Below, piece by piece: positions 1-9,775 of a stretch of 59,939 bases of DNA. Source of the stretch: a virus. Taxonomy: Duplodnaviria > Caudoviricetes. Location of the stretch: positions 1 through 59,939 of IMG/VR virus record IMGVR_UViG_3300050016_000385. One strand, given 5' to 3'. Below the pieces are notes generated by a model. The model searched no databases. It saw only the letters and a list, made by a program, of their open reading frames with translations, and was not told where the DNA came from. A program made the translations under genes and the position numbers. The stretch's first letter is position 1, and the number at the start of each line of letters is the position of its first letter.

Positions 1-420
1 TTAGGCCGGGATCACTTCAACGCGATACGAGTAGGTTAATGGGGTTTCTGCCGCGATTCGAGCGGCGGCGGTTTCACCCAGTTCTTCGACGAAGAGTTTT
101 CTCCAGGCGGGATAGCGTCCAGAGGATGATTTTTCAAATTGAAATTCCGGTGCGCCGCGCTCCGGTTTCCAGTCGCCCGCTTCAAACCGCTTCGCGAAAC
201 GTTTCGAGACCTGCTCCGGCGAGAGCGCCTTGAGTTCGTCTTTCGACTTCACGCCCAGAACTTTTTCCGCGAGCTGCTGCCGGCGGAATTCCAACTCTTT
301 CTCGGCGGTCGAAACTTTCTTTTTCGCGTCGGCGTACTTGCGCTCCCAGTCGGCAAGCTCGACGAGCTCGTCCTTGGTCACGAGAGCGGTTTCAGTTTTG
401 GCGGCGGCGGTGGGCATCAC
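1..420 (-). CDS. hypothetical protein, N-terminal coiled coil
   Basis: 139-aa ORF with normal composition; TAAGCT -10-like box 5 nt before the GTG (ATG alternative at 417). Confidence 0.75.
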   Translation of the reverse strand: MMPTAAAKTETALVTKDELVELADWERKYADAKKKVSTAEKELEFRRQQLAEKVLGVKSKDELKALSPEQVSKRFAKRFEAGDWKPERGAPEFQFEKSSSGRYPAWRKLFVEELGETAAARIAAETPLTYSYRVEVIPA

Positions 421-497
421 AAGTGAGCTTATTCGCGCCCTCTGTGTACCAGCTAGATTCCCTCGGTACCCAGGTCTGGTAGAGTGGGGGAGTTCGC

Positions 498-535
498 GTT
501 TCCAAAACGGTTTCCAAAACGCGCGTTTTCCAGGA
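498..535. repeat. Tandem 12-mer GTTTCCAAAACG x2 overlapping palindrome AAAACGCGCGTTTT
   Basis: Copies at 498-509 and 510-521, palindrome 516-529, in a divergent intergenic gap. Confidence 0.85.
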
Positions 536-541
536 GGGAAT

Positions 542-973
542 ATGCCCGCTCGTCAAGCCGCTCCATGTCTCCGTTGCGGAGACATGATCGACATCAACGT
601 GGCCGCCATTGTGGCCGATATCCGGTTGCGCGTGGTCGGCTTTGAAGACGCTGTGAGGTCGGCGCAGAGGTCGGTATCGTTCTGTGTCACCTGCGCCGAA
701 CTGATCGCCAAAGGAGATGCGCCACCGGAACGAACGCAACCGCTGAACTTCATCGTCTACGAAGGGGCGCGAGAAATTATCAGCGGCGATCCCAGCTTCT
801 CGCTTCTGAGCTGGCTGCAATTGCGGAAAGAGTGCGGACTCAGCGTCCCCACTATGATCGAACCCAAAGTACTGAAGGCCTGGACCGAGTTCCGTAAAGC
901 CGTGGCGCTTCCCGCGACGCTCGAGCGGAGTGAGGGAGAGTTCGTGCCGCCCGAAAAACGGCTGGCGAGCTAA
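542..973 (+). CDS. hypothetical protein with two CxxC pairs (putative Zn-binding)
   Basis: ATG 542 after AGGAGGG; CLRC...CVTC. Confidence 0.75.
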   Translation: MPARQAAPCLRCGDMIDINVAAIVADIRLRVVGFEDAVRSAQRSVSFCVTCAELIAKGDAPPERTQPLNFIVYEGAREIISGDPSFSLLSWLQLRKECGLSVPTMIEPKVLKAWTEFRKAVALPATLERSEGEFVPPEKRLAS

Positions 974-1170
974 CGCGCACCCGGCAGAAACACCGTGCGC
1001 TCATTCGCTTCGGAGATCGCCGGGTCAAGAACCGCTTCCGAGTTTCGAGAAGACGCCGGCCGCGGCGGATTCAACCCAAAAGGATCTTGCCGCTTCAACG
1101 TCTCCCGGTAGGGACAGCGCGGACTTTGAGCGCGGTGTCCCCACGATCCGCAATCGCCGCACTGGGTCAT
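970..1170 (-). CDS. small zinc-knuckle-like protein
   Basis: CGDCGSWGHRAQSPRC (CxxC-x4-H-x6-C); ATGA-coupled to upstream gene. Confidence 0.55.
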   Translation of the reverse strand: MTQCGDCGSWGHRAQSPRCPYRETLKRQDPFGLNPPRPASSRNSEAVLDPAISEANERTVFLPGAR

Positions 1171-1538
1171 GGCTCCGGGGGAGCCGCAGCCAGGGCGGGA
1201 GCCGCATTCAGAATCGTGACTACGCTATCGATATATTTTTGTACCGCGGCGTCGTCACTCGCTCGGCCCGCATCCGCCAACCCTTGCTTGATGAGTCCGC
1301 CCGCAATCGAGAGGACCGCCGACAGTTTCGAGGCCCCGGTGCCGCTTTGTTTGCCCAGCGCGGCGAAGTTCTGCTCCGCCGTGGCGACGGCTGTTACCGT
1401 CGAATTGAAAAGCGGACCCAATTGAGGCGCAAACACGGAAACCGCCACTTCGCCCGCGCCTTGCGCCCAGGGCAGGATGAAATCCAACCCCTTCTTGAAA
1501 TCTTCCCCCACTTTAGTCAGCCACGATTTGAAGCTCAT
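1167..1538 (-). CDS. putative lysis-associated amphipathic/membrane protein
   Basis: In lysis cluster; amphipathic N-terminus MSFKSWLTKVGEDFKKGLDFIL; ATGA coupling. Confidence 0.6.
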   Translation of the reverse strand: MSFKSWLTKVGEDFKKGLDFILPWAQGAGEVAVSVFAPQLGPLFNSTVTAVATAEQNFAALGKQSGTGASKLSAVLSIAGGLIKQGLADAGRASDDAAVQKYIDSVVTILNAAPALAAAPPEP

Positions 1539-1846
1539 TTTGTTTTCTCCTCAGTTTGGAATCGGCTTAGGTTGTCCGCGTCGAGCAAGTCCTTCGGCAC
1601 GGTGAGAGTCAGAAAGTTTTTCTTTTCGAGTTCACTCAGGGACAAATATGCGGTGGTGGCTGCATCTTTCAGCGCCTGCCCTTCACCGAACCAGAGCGCA
1701 GCTTTCGATGTGCCCGAGCGCCACACAAACGTGATCCAGGCGCTGTAGGCGGCGCTCATCAGAGCGTTGATGACCTCGCGTTCGAGGCCAGCATTCTTCG
1801 CCCCCTCGAACATCGAGACCGGATCGGGAAAGTCGATGAGGCCCAT
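1535..1846 (-). CDS. hypothetical protein in lysis cluster
   Basis: 103-aa ORF coupled on both sides. Confidence 0.65.
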   Translation of the reverse strand: MGLIDFPDPVSMFEGAKNAGLEREVINALMSAAYSAWITFVWRSGTSKAALWFGEGQALKDAATTAYLSLSELEKKNFLTLTVPKDLLDADNLSRFQTEEKTK

Positions 1847-1849
1847 AAA

Positions 1850-2032
1850 TTACTGCGGTGGCTGCTGGTAGTGCGCAATCGTACCCATCGCCCACTGCGC
1901 AAAGGAAACGACGACGAGAACGGCCGGCTGATATTTTGCGGGGACGACTTTTCCGGCGAGGTTGCCGATCTGAATTGCCGTGGCCGCCGCCTGCGCGACG
2001 GTGTGCCAGTTCAACCAAGAGGGAAGTTTCAT
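1850..2032 (-). CDS. putative holin
   Basis: 60 aa, two hydrophobic segments, directly after endolysin. Confidence 0.5.
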   Translation of the reverse strand: MKLPSWLNWHTVAQAAATAIQIGNLAGKVVPAKYQPAVLVVVSFAQWAMGTIAHYQQPPQ

Positions 2033-2093
2033 AGTGAGTGTTTTCCTTTTCTACCTACTACCAGAACCCAGATTGGATAAAAACGATTAGCTA

Positions 2094-2579
2094 TTAGCTT
2101 TGGGGCACAGACGGCGGCGCTGCGGCGGGCGGAGCAGCGACATATTCCTCGTAGACTCCGAGAACTTTGAGCGCGCGGTTCGGATCGGTGGCCCAGCTCT
2201 TTGACACTTCCTCAACGAAGCTCCGCGCGTCGGTGGCCCGCAACGCCGCCGCATAATGCGGGTAGGCGTTCGAGAGCCGTTCGAGGGTCGCCAGGCGGTC
2301 GGCGAAACAGGCGCGCCAGTCGGGGTACTTCACCCAGTTCGCGCTGCACGCCACCCACTTGCCGTCGAGACATTCCTCGGTGGGCAGCGTCATCGTGCCA
2401 AACACCGGGTGCGCGTGCTGTTTCATCCCAAAAAGATTATTGTCTTCGCGCGCGAGCTGGCTGTGCCCCCAAGTGGATTCGAGAGCGGCTTCGCAGGCGG
2501 CCATCTGAGGGAAGGGATGGTTCGCCTTCGCCGCCGCGGCCGTCGCGAGATCGAGAAAAGTACGCTGTTGGCTATTCAT
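2094..2579 (-). CDS. endolysin, glucosaminidase family (GH73, FlgJ-like catalytic domain)
   Basis: AALESTWG catalytic Glu, NNLFGMK, W/YATDP motifs. Confidence 0.9.
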   Translation of the reverse strand: MNSQQRTFLDLATAAAAKANHPFPQMAACEAALESTWGHSQLAREDNNLFGMKQHAHPVFGTMTLPTEECLDGKWVACSANWVKYPDWRACFADRLATLERLSNAYPHYAAALRATDARSFVEEVSKSWATDPNRALKVLGVYEEYVAAPPAAAPPSVPQS

Positions 2580-2583
2580 TGGC

Positions 2584-5007
2584 TTATTGCAGCTTCATCA
2601 CGAACACGTCCCCGCGCGGCGCGTTGTGGGAGGAAGTGCAAGCTCCCGACGCGGAGACCGCGCAGGACGTGGTTCCATCCATGCAACCGAGAGAAGCGTT
2701 CATGGGGCTGCTCAACAGCACAAACCGGCCGTCTTGGGAGATGCTGGTCACCGTAATTTGCACGGCGAAGCAGGGCGTGGGGACGCCGTAGGTATGCCCC
2801 TGACGGGATACCGTACCGGCTAAAGCCCCAGCCGCCGGGCCAAAGATTCCCAGGATTTCGTTGACCGCGCATTTCGAGTAATCGGGCAGCACCGTTTCCG
2901 AACTGGTGGCGGTGAAAAAGGCGTGATCGTCGGCCGGATCGTCGTTGTTCCATCCCGGATGGGTGTCGTAAATCTGCGAGTAGCTGGCGCAATAGGTCGC
3001 CGGGAAGATGGTGGAAGTGAGCGGAGAGGCGAAGGTGGTGGCCCCCCAGAACGGCGTGTTGTATTGATTGACGAACGTTCCATACCCCGTGGTGAAGTGC
3101 CCACTGCACGTATTCGGACACTTGGTGTAGACGTTGGTGGTGCCCACCTGCCAAAAGTAAGGCGAGGTTCCATTACCGCACACGCTGCCGACGTCACATA
3201 TTCCAATCGACACGATGGCCCAAACCCCGTCAAGCGACGCCTTGGTGTTATGCAGCGTGAAGGTGCCGGGAGAGGGCGTGGTGTCGGTGAGGGTGCCGCC
3301 GGTGCCGGTCTGCCCCGCAAGTCCCGACGTGGTGAGCTGGATATGGGTGGAATCGGTAACGAGCAAGACCGGAAACGTCCCATTGAGCGCGCTGTTGCTA
3401 TTGCCTGCAACCAAAACCGAGTCGCCGACATTAAAGCCAAGGCTTGACGTGACCACAAAGGTGGCAAATTCCGGGTGGCCACTAGTGGGGACATTCACGC
3501 TGACCGAAGACGATGCCGTTGAAACCACGCAGTTCCGGCAAACCGCTGTGCCAGTCGTGCCCCAGTCCCCGGTAATCGTGTTGGTCTGCGTGTTCCACAC
3601 CGAGCAACCGGAACCCACTTTGTAGGAAGCGATATAGCGGCCCGTGTTCTGCGAGCCGGAGGTCGAAAAGCCGTCGATGAAAACCGTGTCCGCGCCGCCG
3701 TTCACGCCCACGTTCGGCGGGTCGGTCGAGTTGGTCACCGTATTTGGCAGGCAGTTGGGGCTGGTGGTGAAGTTGTAAACCAGGACGGGGGTTGGCAGGG
3801 TGGGGTAGTTGACGCTGACATCGTACTTATTCAGGAACGTTCCCGAAGTGGTCCCTGTCGAGTTGGTGGGGACGTACACGGTGCTATTGGTCCCCGCCGA
3901 GCGGGAAAACGAGATGGCGCACCCGCCGCCCATCTTCAGCGCGTTGAAATAGTTCGAGTACTTGAAGGTCGCCTGCATGGTGCTGGGGTTGAAAGCGTAA
4001 AAATAACTGGTGCCGCCCGCATCGCAAATATCGAAGAGCGTCGAATCCGTGCTCCAGTGGTTCACGTCTCCGCTTCCCCCGCCATCCGCAAAAAAGGAAG
4101 TGTTCTGCTTGGTGCTGGGACACGCCGGTTCGGTCTGGTTTCCGCAACCTGAAAATACGTTGGTAATCCGCACCCAGGGATTGTGATAGAGGCCGCTGGT
4201 ATTCCCGGATCCCACGGGTTCAGGATCGTTGACCAGGGTATTGTCGACTCCGGAACCCGCTGTCCCTTGTCCACTGAAAGGCACCACGACGGGCGCAAAG
4301 GCTCCCGGCTGCGTAGAAATGGTCGGAGTGCAGCTATAGGTCGGTGGTCCGCAGGTGGGGCCGCTCGAACCCACCGTCAAAGTGACCGCCAGGGTCGCCG
4401 TCAGGGGCGTGACGGGGGTTGAGTCGGTCACGGTGACCGAGAAATTCGTGGTTCCGGTCGCCGCCGTGCCGGTAATGGCCCCGGTCCCGGCATTCAGCGA
4501 CGCCCAGCCCGGTAATGATCCGGTCGAAACCGTCCAAGTGTAAGGCAAAACTCCGCCCAGGGCTGTAAGGGTATAGGAGTACGCAATGCCATTGGTCCCG
4601 ACCGCCAGAGGGCAAGGCGGGGTGCCGCAGTTCGGGGCGGTGATGGCAATCCCCCCCCCAGGGCCCACTACGAATGCGCCGGTCCCGACCAGCCCGCCGG
4701 AACTGCAAGTGATATTCGCGGAACCAGCACTCACCGCCGTCGCCAGGCCGTTCGCGTTGATCGTAGCCACGCCAGTATTTGAACTGGCCCACACGCACTG
4801 ATTGGTGATGGGGTTTGCCAGCGGCCCGCCCAAGACAGCCTGCGCGATAAATTGCACGGTAAGCCCTGGCGGACTGGTCGCCGAATTGACGAAAATCCCG
4901 GTGGTCGGGGTCGCAGGTCCGCCGAAGCTGACGGCGGGGAGCGACTGGCCCAAGGCGCTTGTCGAGAGCGCGAAAACTGCGAGGGAAAGTAGGAATGCTT
5001 TTTTCAT
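2584..5007 (-). CDS. Sec-signal protein: Big_2-like Ig domain, putative Ig domain, beta-propeller-like C-terminus
   Basis: Start 5007 by ATGA overlap; MKKAFLLSLAVFALSTSALG|Q; VWASSNTGVATINANGLATAV; GGVLPYTWTVSTGSLP; ISQDGRFVLLSS...RGDVFVMKL; 24 Cys. Confidence 0.8.
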   Translation of the reverse strand: MKKAFLLSLAVFALSTSALGQSLPAVSFGGPATPTTGIFVNSATSPPGLTVQFIAQAVLGGPLANPITNQCVWASSNTGVATINANGLATAVSAGSANITCSSGGLVGTGAFVVGPGGGIAITAPNCGTPPCPLAVGTNGIAYSYTLTALGGVLPYTWTVSTGSLPGWASLNAGTGAITGTAATGTTNFSVTVTDSTPVTPLTATLAVTLTVGSSGPTCGPPTYSCTPTISTQPGAFAPVVVPFSGQGTAGSGVDNTLVNDPEPVGSGNTSGLYHNPWVRITNVFSGCGNQTEPACPSTKQNTSFFADGGGSGDVNHWSTDSTLFDICDAGGTSYFYAFNPSTMQATFKYSNYFNALKMGGGCAISFSRSAGTNSTVYVPTNSTGTTSGTFLNKYDVSVNYPTLPTPVLVYNFTTSPNCLPNTVTNSTDPPNVGVNGGADTVFIDGFSTSGSQNTGRYIASYKVGSGCSVWNTQTNTITGDWGTTGTAVCRNCVVSTASSSVSVNVPTSGHPEFATFVVTSSLGFNVGDSVLVAGNSNSALNGTFPVLLVTDSTHIQLTTSGLAGQTGTGGTLTDTTPSPGTFTLHNTKASLDGVWAIVSIGICDVGSVCGNGTSPYFWQVGTTNVYTKCPNTCSGHFTTGYGTFVNQYNTPFWGATTFASPLTSTIFPATYCASYSQIYDTHPGWNNDDPADDHAFFTATSSETVLPDYSKCAVNEILGIFGPAAGALAGTVSRQGHTYGVPTPCFAVQITVTSISQDGRFVLLSSPMNASLGCMDGTTSCAVSASGACTSSHNAPRGDVFVMKLQ

Positions 5008-6644
5008 GGAATCACCAAGCCCCTGGGAAGTGTGAGTCCAGGCGACATCACCACGCCCGCTCCACCGCCCGCCGCCACGGGAGTCACCTGGTACGCCCCT
5101 ACATCCCAAGCCCCGACGACCGGGCGAGCTACCGCAACCCGAGCCGGATAAGAGACGGTGTGTGGTGTGGCGTTGTAGGTGACCCCATACGTCGTATCTT
5201 TTCCGCAAGCTGCGCCGGCCGCCGCATTGAGCGCGGTGATTGCGGTGCAAACGCTGGCTTGGTTTGCCCCAACGCCCACGGTCGCATTGCCGAGAAATTG
5301 CGGAGAAAAAGAATAGGTTTCACCCAGCGTGTATCCTTGGGCGTTCGCCGTAGCCAGGGTTTGATTCACGATGTTCGCGGTCGTGACCGGGCAGGCGCTC
5401 GCGCATTCCGGCGAGACGTAGTTGAGTCCGCCGCCGCTGTTGTAGATGGTGTGAAAGTTGGTTTCGGTGACTCCGGCAATCAGCACTCCGGGCTGTCCGG
5501 TGCCGATCTTGTTGCATTGGTTGGTGGGGCCGGAGTCCGGGCCGCATTCTTCCGTGTTATTGAACCAGTTACAAGTTCCGCCGCCGAGCGAACTAGCGTT
5601 GAAATACTCGCCGCACATCAGCATCGGCGTGGCCACTCCAGTGCCGCTATTGATCAGCACGTTGTTGAAGGCGTAGGCGGTCTTCGTTAGGTTCGGCGTC
5701 TGCCAGAAGGTCACCCCGCCATTGCCGTTCAGCGAGGCCACGTTGTTATAGAGAATCGACGTGTCCGTGGCGTCGATGTTTGAGATCATCTCTCCGGTGT
5801 GGGAAACGCCGCCGGTGTATACCACCGCGCCAACGTTCACCAAAGTGTTGTCGTGGAATAGCCGGATGCTGCCATTCAGCGCGTATTCGAGGTTCGCAAT
5901 GTAGTTCTGGTAGACGTCGCCAAAACCTCCGCCGCCGATGCACATCATGCTTTGCTCATCGGTATCGGCGCCGTCGCAGACGTTGTTGTAGAACAGGTTC
6001 GAGGCCGTACTTGCCGTGCCCGAACCTGCGAAGCAAGCGGCATTATTATTCTCGGCAATCGCCGCCGAATGCGTCCAGCCGTGGCAGTAGTTGTCGTGGA
6101 TGACGATCCCACTGGCATTGCCGAACGCGATATAGGACACCTGGTTTGTGAGCGCCGCGCTCCAATTCAGGCCGGTAAATTCGACAAAGCCCACGTCGAT
6201 ATAGTTCTGCGTCCCGGTTACGAGATCTAGAAACTCTGCCGGGTTGGTTGCGCCGGGGAAAGTTCCGCCGCCCGTAAGAATGGCGCGGCCTGACCCCCAG
6301 GTGGAGTCGTAAGCGCCAAGCCCGATAGTATTCGAGCTGGTGCCGCTGAACGCGAATGCAATTTTCGCGGAAAGCGTCCAGGAGTCGCCGCCCTTTAGTA
6401 CGAACGCCTCACCTGCGGTTGGAGTAGTGGAGGCGCAAGTGCTCGCGCACCCGCTCTGTCCCGGAATATGGGCGAAGGCCGCAGCCTCCGAAGTGCCGGC
6501 GTTCGTGTCCGCGCCCGAGGTCGAGACGTAAAAGCAGCTTGTGATTCCCGTGGGAACCGGGATGGCGTTACAACTTCCGCCGGCGGCCCATGCGGGCAGG
6601 GGCAGCGACGACGCCAGCAACGCGAATAGGAAGACTCGCTTCAT
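5004..6644 (-). CDS. Sec-signal right-handed beta-helix (pectin-lyase-like, depolymerase/spike-like) protein
   Basis: MKRVFLFALLASSLPLPAWA|A; FYVSTSGADTNAGTS, LKGGDSW, repeated YNN/FNN/HDN rungs, terminal WDVGAYQ; 16 Cys. Confidence 0.8.
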   Translation of the reverse strand: MKRVFLFALLASSLPLPAWAAGGSCNAIPVPTGITSCFYVSTSGADTNAGTSEAAAFAHIPGQSGCASTCASTTPTAGEAFVLKGGDSWTLSAKIAFAFSGTSSNTIGLGAYDSTWGSGRAILTGGGTFPGATNPAEFLDLVTGTQNYIDVGFVEFTGLNWSAALTNQVSYIAFGNASGIVIHDNYCHGWTHSAAIAENNNAACFAGSGTASTASNLFYNNVCDGADTDEQSMMCIGGGGFGDVYQNYIANLEYALNGSIRLFHDNTLVNVGAVVYTGGVSHTGEMISNIDATDTSILYNNVASLNGNGGVTFWQTPNLTKTAYAFNNVLINSGTGVATPMLMCGEYFNASSLGGGTCNWFNNTEECGPDSGPTNQCNKIGTGQPGVLIAGVTETNFHTIYNSGGGLNYVSPECASACPVTTANIVNQTLATANAQGYTLGETYSFSPQFLGNATVGVGANQASVCTAITALNAAAGAACGKDTTYGVTYNATPHTVSYPARVAVARPVVGAWDVGAYQVTPVAAGGGAGVVMSPGLTLPRGLVIP

Positions 6645-9600
6645 TTTCGAATGTCGCAGGAATAGCTCACCACATCGGTTGCTCCGCTGGTGGTGAAGGT
6701 GACGCTGGTTCCAGCGGTGTAGGTGACTTCGACCGCGGCAATGGCAGTTTCATCCGACCCCACGCAGGTCGGGTGCACCGCGTAGTTGGTATTCAGGAAG
6801 GTGTACGATTTTGTTCCGCCCGACATCGTAAGTTCGCCGTTGAGGTCGGTATTGGTCGAGACTCCACTACCGATGCTGCCCACGCCGCATAGCGTGCTGG
6901 TCAGGGGCGTGCAACCCACCGGGGCTGTGCCGAGCGTCACGGCCCCGGAGATTGAGGTCGATCCGCCCATGTGTGCCCCATTGATCGTCGTTCCAAACAC
7001 GTTCGCGCCGGGATTGTTGCAATCGGAATTCGTGCCCAGGCAGTTGCCCGTCCCGGCGGCGATGTTGTCGTTTTCGGTGAGGAATCCGGTGCCGATGTTT
7101 TCCGCGTTCAAAACTGCCCCGCTCGTGGCCGAAGCCGTCGCCGTCATGTGCAGTACCGCGGTATAGCACTGGTGTTTGTCTCCGATCAGGATGGCGCTGG
7201 CCTTGGCCGTGGTGGTGACGCAATCGTTGCCGCTCGATGCGTTCTGCTCAAAGTGGCTGTCGGTAAATACCGGCGCCGCCTTCTGTCCTCGCACCAGCGC
7301 CTCGCTGAACACCCCCACTCCACCTTTGGAAGACACCGACACGTTGCGGAATTCTCGCAGGGTTCCGTTTGCGATCGCGCTCGGATTCAAGGTGCCGTCA
7401 ATCACATAGTCGATGAAATTGCCTCCGGTGGTTGAGGCGGAGCACGCTCCGGTGGTCCCCATGCAATAGGCCGCTCCGGTCAGAGATCCTGTGGCCGTGG
7501 TCAGAGTGATCGAAGTCGCGCTGTTCACGCTTTGCACCTGGCAAATACTAGAGGCGCAGGAAGACCCCGTAATCTTGATAGTTGCGCCCCACCAGTTGCC
7601 GACCGGATTGCCGCTCGCAACCGTGCAGACCGCTGGCGTCGCCGAGGTGCAGTTCAGCGTCCCGGAATAGCCATTGGGTCCGCCGCCGGTGATCGAGTCG
7701 GTAAAGGCGAAATTAGGGGCATCGTTGGAAAATACGGCATAAGATTGCTGGCTGGCTCCGGTGATATCCACCGTCTTCATGTAGCTGCCTTCTTGCGCCG
7801 AGTTCACATAAATCACCGTCGCCGGGGCGTTCGCCGTGGGCACCGCCGTGGTCGCCGAGCTTCCGTTGGTCAGGTTGAGCGAAACGTCCTCGAGCGAAAC
7901 GGAGAATTCAAGTTTGGTTCCGTTCTGGTCGCCGATAACGATCAGCGGATTGCTGACATCGACCGGCAGCGGCGGCTCGCCCGTCCCCGCAAGCGTTGTC
8001 ACCGTGGTTGCCGCCGTCAGCAGGCAGCCGGTGGGGTCCATCAGCCCGATGCGGCTGGAAGCGCAGGTGCCGTTCGTTCCAATCAACACTTGCTGCCAGG
8101 CCGCAAGCGAACTGGTGTAGGTCACGCCGGATTGCGTGCCCGGGGAACTCATCAGGCTGGCAATCGTGGGGCTATAAATCTGTAATAAGTAATAAGTGAC
8201 GGAATTGATGACAATCGGAGTCCCCGCAATCAGGCTGACATCTTCGTTTTGGGAGAAGTTGCTCCCCGCGGTGACCTGCACACAGTTAGCGGGACAGGCT
8301 CCAAGCACTCCCGCCGAAGTGGTCACCGTCCCGGTAAATCCGGAAGTGGCGTAGACGTAGTATTCCGAAGCCACAAAGCTGCCGCTGCCAAGCACTGTGG
8401 GCGCGGGAACGGTAATGGATTCCGACGAACCTCCGCCATTGAGGGTGATTGAGAACTCCGAACTGTGCAGCCCGACTCCGGGTGTGCCTTGAGCGGCCGT
8501 ATAGGAGGAGTTGGTTTGCAGGTTGTTGACTTCGCTGGTGACGAAATACACCGTGCCGTCCGATAAACTTCCCCCCGAGGCGCTTTGCGTGGGCGTGGGC
8601 ACCACAGGTGACCCGAGCGGGGAGGGAAAGCTGGTCCCGTAGGTGATCATCGTGCCTTCGGAAGGGTCGTGTTCTTGCTGCACCAAGCCGGATCCTCGTA
8701 CCCGCGTTCCGTTGGGGAGAATCAGGGGCACTTCCGCCACATAACAATTCAAGTTCGCCGTGCCACAGGGATGGTTCGCCCCTCCACTGTGAATTCCCTT
8801 GCCCAGTTTGACTTCCGCGCCCATCCCGAGCTGAAACGGGTTCACGGTAATGTCTTCAGCCCCGAGGTTGTGGTCGATGCGCCCGCCGCTATTGTTGGTT
8901 GCGAAATATCCGACGCAGCCCGCCAGAGTCGAGTAGGTGACCCCATTCACATTGCAGGCCGGGTTGTTGTTGGCGGTCGGGCCGACGAACGTAGCCTGAA
9001 GCGCTCCCGTAATGGGGTCGATGAGGGTGTTCGGCGGGAGTTCCAGATCGACGTGGCCGATTCCATTGTTCCACACGTAGAACTGCCCATTCGCGGGGTT
9101 CGCTGGCTGGTAGCGTGCCGTAAGCACCGCCTGCCCCTGCCCGGTAAGGCCAAAGGGATTCCAGAACAGCGTCCCGTTGAGATCGCACATCTGGTCAAGG
9201 CCAAAGCCTTCGGGAAACACGTAAGCGCAGAAGGGGTCGGGGTCGAAGCCGATTACGGACGTGGTAGGCTCGTAGACCGTCAGGGGGCCGCCGTTCAGGT
9301 TGACTGGGCCGGAGAAGGTGGAATTCGTTCCCGAGAAGGTCAGGTTAGGGTTGCCGGCGCCGCTGCCGCCCAACGAGGCGTTGTAGGGGCCGCGCCACAC
9401 GCCATTGGCCTGAAAGTAGTAGGTGTAATTCCCCGGGGCCGCGTAGACCCCGAAGTTGCCGTTCACGTCGGCAACTGAGGAGCAAATGTTCGTCGTCGGA
9501 ATCGTGCCCTGGCCTGGAGCGCACGCCTGGCTACCGGTCATCGAGTTGTAGGTGGTGGCGAGATTAGTGCAAGGCGTTCCGCCCGTGGCGGGGGCGTTGC

Positions 9601-9745
9601 AAAAGACCACCGGGGCGAACGGGACGACGTGCAGCAGCCCCCCTCCTGGGTTGAGTTCGGCCACGCCCTGAAAAGATTGCACCTGCGCCACGAGAGGAGA
9701 GGACCACGCGAGCGCCAGCGCCACGAGCAAGAGAATGCGTTTCAT
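6641..9745 (-). CDS. Sec-signal tailspike/tail-fibre-like protein
   Basis: MKRILLLVALALAWSSPLVA|Q; N-terminal ADVNGNFGVYAAPGNY resembling particle-binding domains; LILPNGTRVRGSG beta-helix cap; fibre-tip-like C-terminus; 28 Cys. Confidence 0.75.
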   Translation of the reverse strand: MKRILLLVALALAWSSPLVAQVQSFQGVAELNPGGGLLHVVPFAPVVFCNAPATGGTPCTNLATTYNSMTGSQACAPGQGTIPTTNICSSVADVNGNFGVYAAPGNYTYYFQANGVWRGPYNASLGGSGAGNPNLTFSGTNSTFSGPVNLNGGPLTVYEPTTSVIGFDPDPFCAYVFPEGFGLDQMCDLNGTLFWNPFGLTGQGQAVLTARYQPANPANGQFYVWNNGIGHVDLELPPNTLIDPITGALQATFVGPTANNNPACNVNGVTYSTLAGCVGYFATNNSGGRIDHNLGAEDITVNPFQLGMGAEVKLGKGIHSGGANHPCGTANLNCYVAEVPLILPNGTRVRGSGLVQQEHDPSEGTMITYGTSFPSPLGSPVVPTPTQSASGGSLSDGTVYFVTSEVNNLQTNSSYTAAQGTPGVGLHSSEFSITLNGGGSSESITVPAPTVLGSGSFVASEYYVYATSGFTGTVTTSAGVLGACPANCVQVTAGSNFSQNEDVSLIAGTPIVINSVTYYLLQIYSPTIASLMSSPGTQSGVTYTSSLAAWQQVLIGTNGTCASSRIGLMDPTGCLLTAATTVTTLAGTGEPPLPVDVSNPLIVIGDQNGTKLEFSVSLEDVSLNLTNGSSATTAVPTANAPATVIYVNSAQEGSYMKTVDITGASQQSYAVFSNDAPNFAFTDSITGGGPNGYSGTLNCTSATPAVCTVASGNPVGNWWGATIKITGSSCASSICQVQSVNSATSITLTTATGSLTGAAYCMGTTGACSASTTGGNFIDYVIDGTLNPSAIANGTLREFRNVSVSSKGGVGVFSEALVRGQKAAPVFTDSHFEQNASSGNDCVTTTAKASAILIGDKHQCYTAVLHMTATASATSGAVLNAENIGTGFLTENDNIAAGTGNCLGTNSDCNNPGANVFGTTINGAHMGGSTSISGAVTLGTAPVGCTPLTSTLCGVGSIGSGVSTNTDLNGELTMSGGTKSYTFLNTNYAVHPTCVGSDETAIAAVEVTYTAGTSVTFTTSGATDVVSYSCDIRK

Positions 9746-9775
9746 GGGATTCACTGTTTAAGTTTGTGGGTTGAG

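Noticed and set aside
2094-2579. Flagellar FlgJ
   Set aside because: Catalytic domain only, in a phage lysis context
5008-5250. Long upstream starts in the ORF track (5250, 26380, 31375, 33158, 38220, 43066, 43735, 45587, 50016)
   Set aside because: Extensions overlap neighbours or non-coding leaders; downstream starts have RBS, coupling or signal peptides
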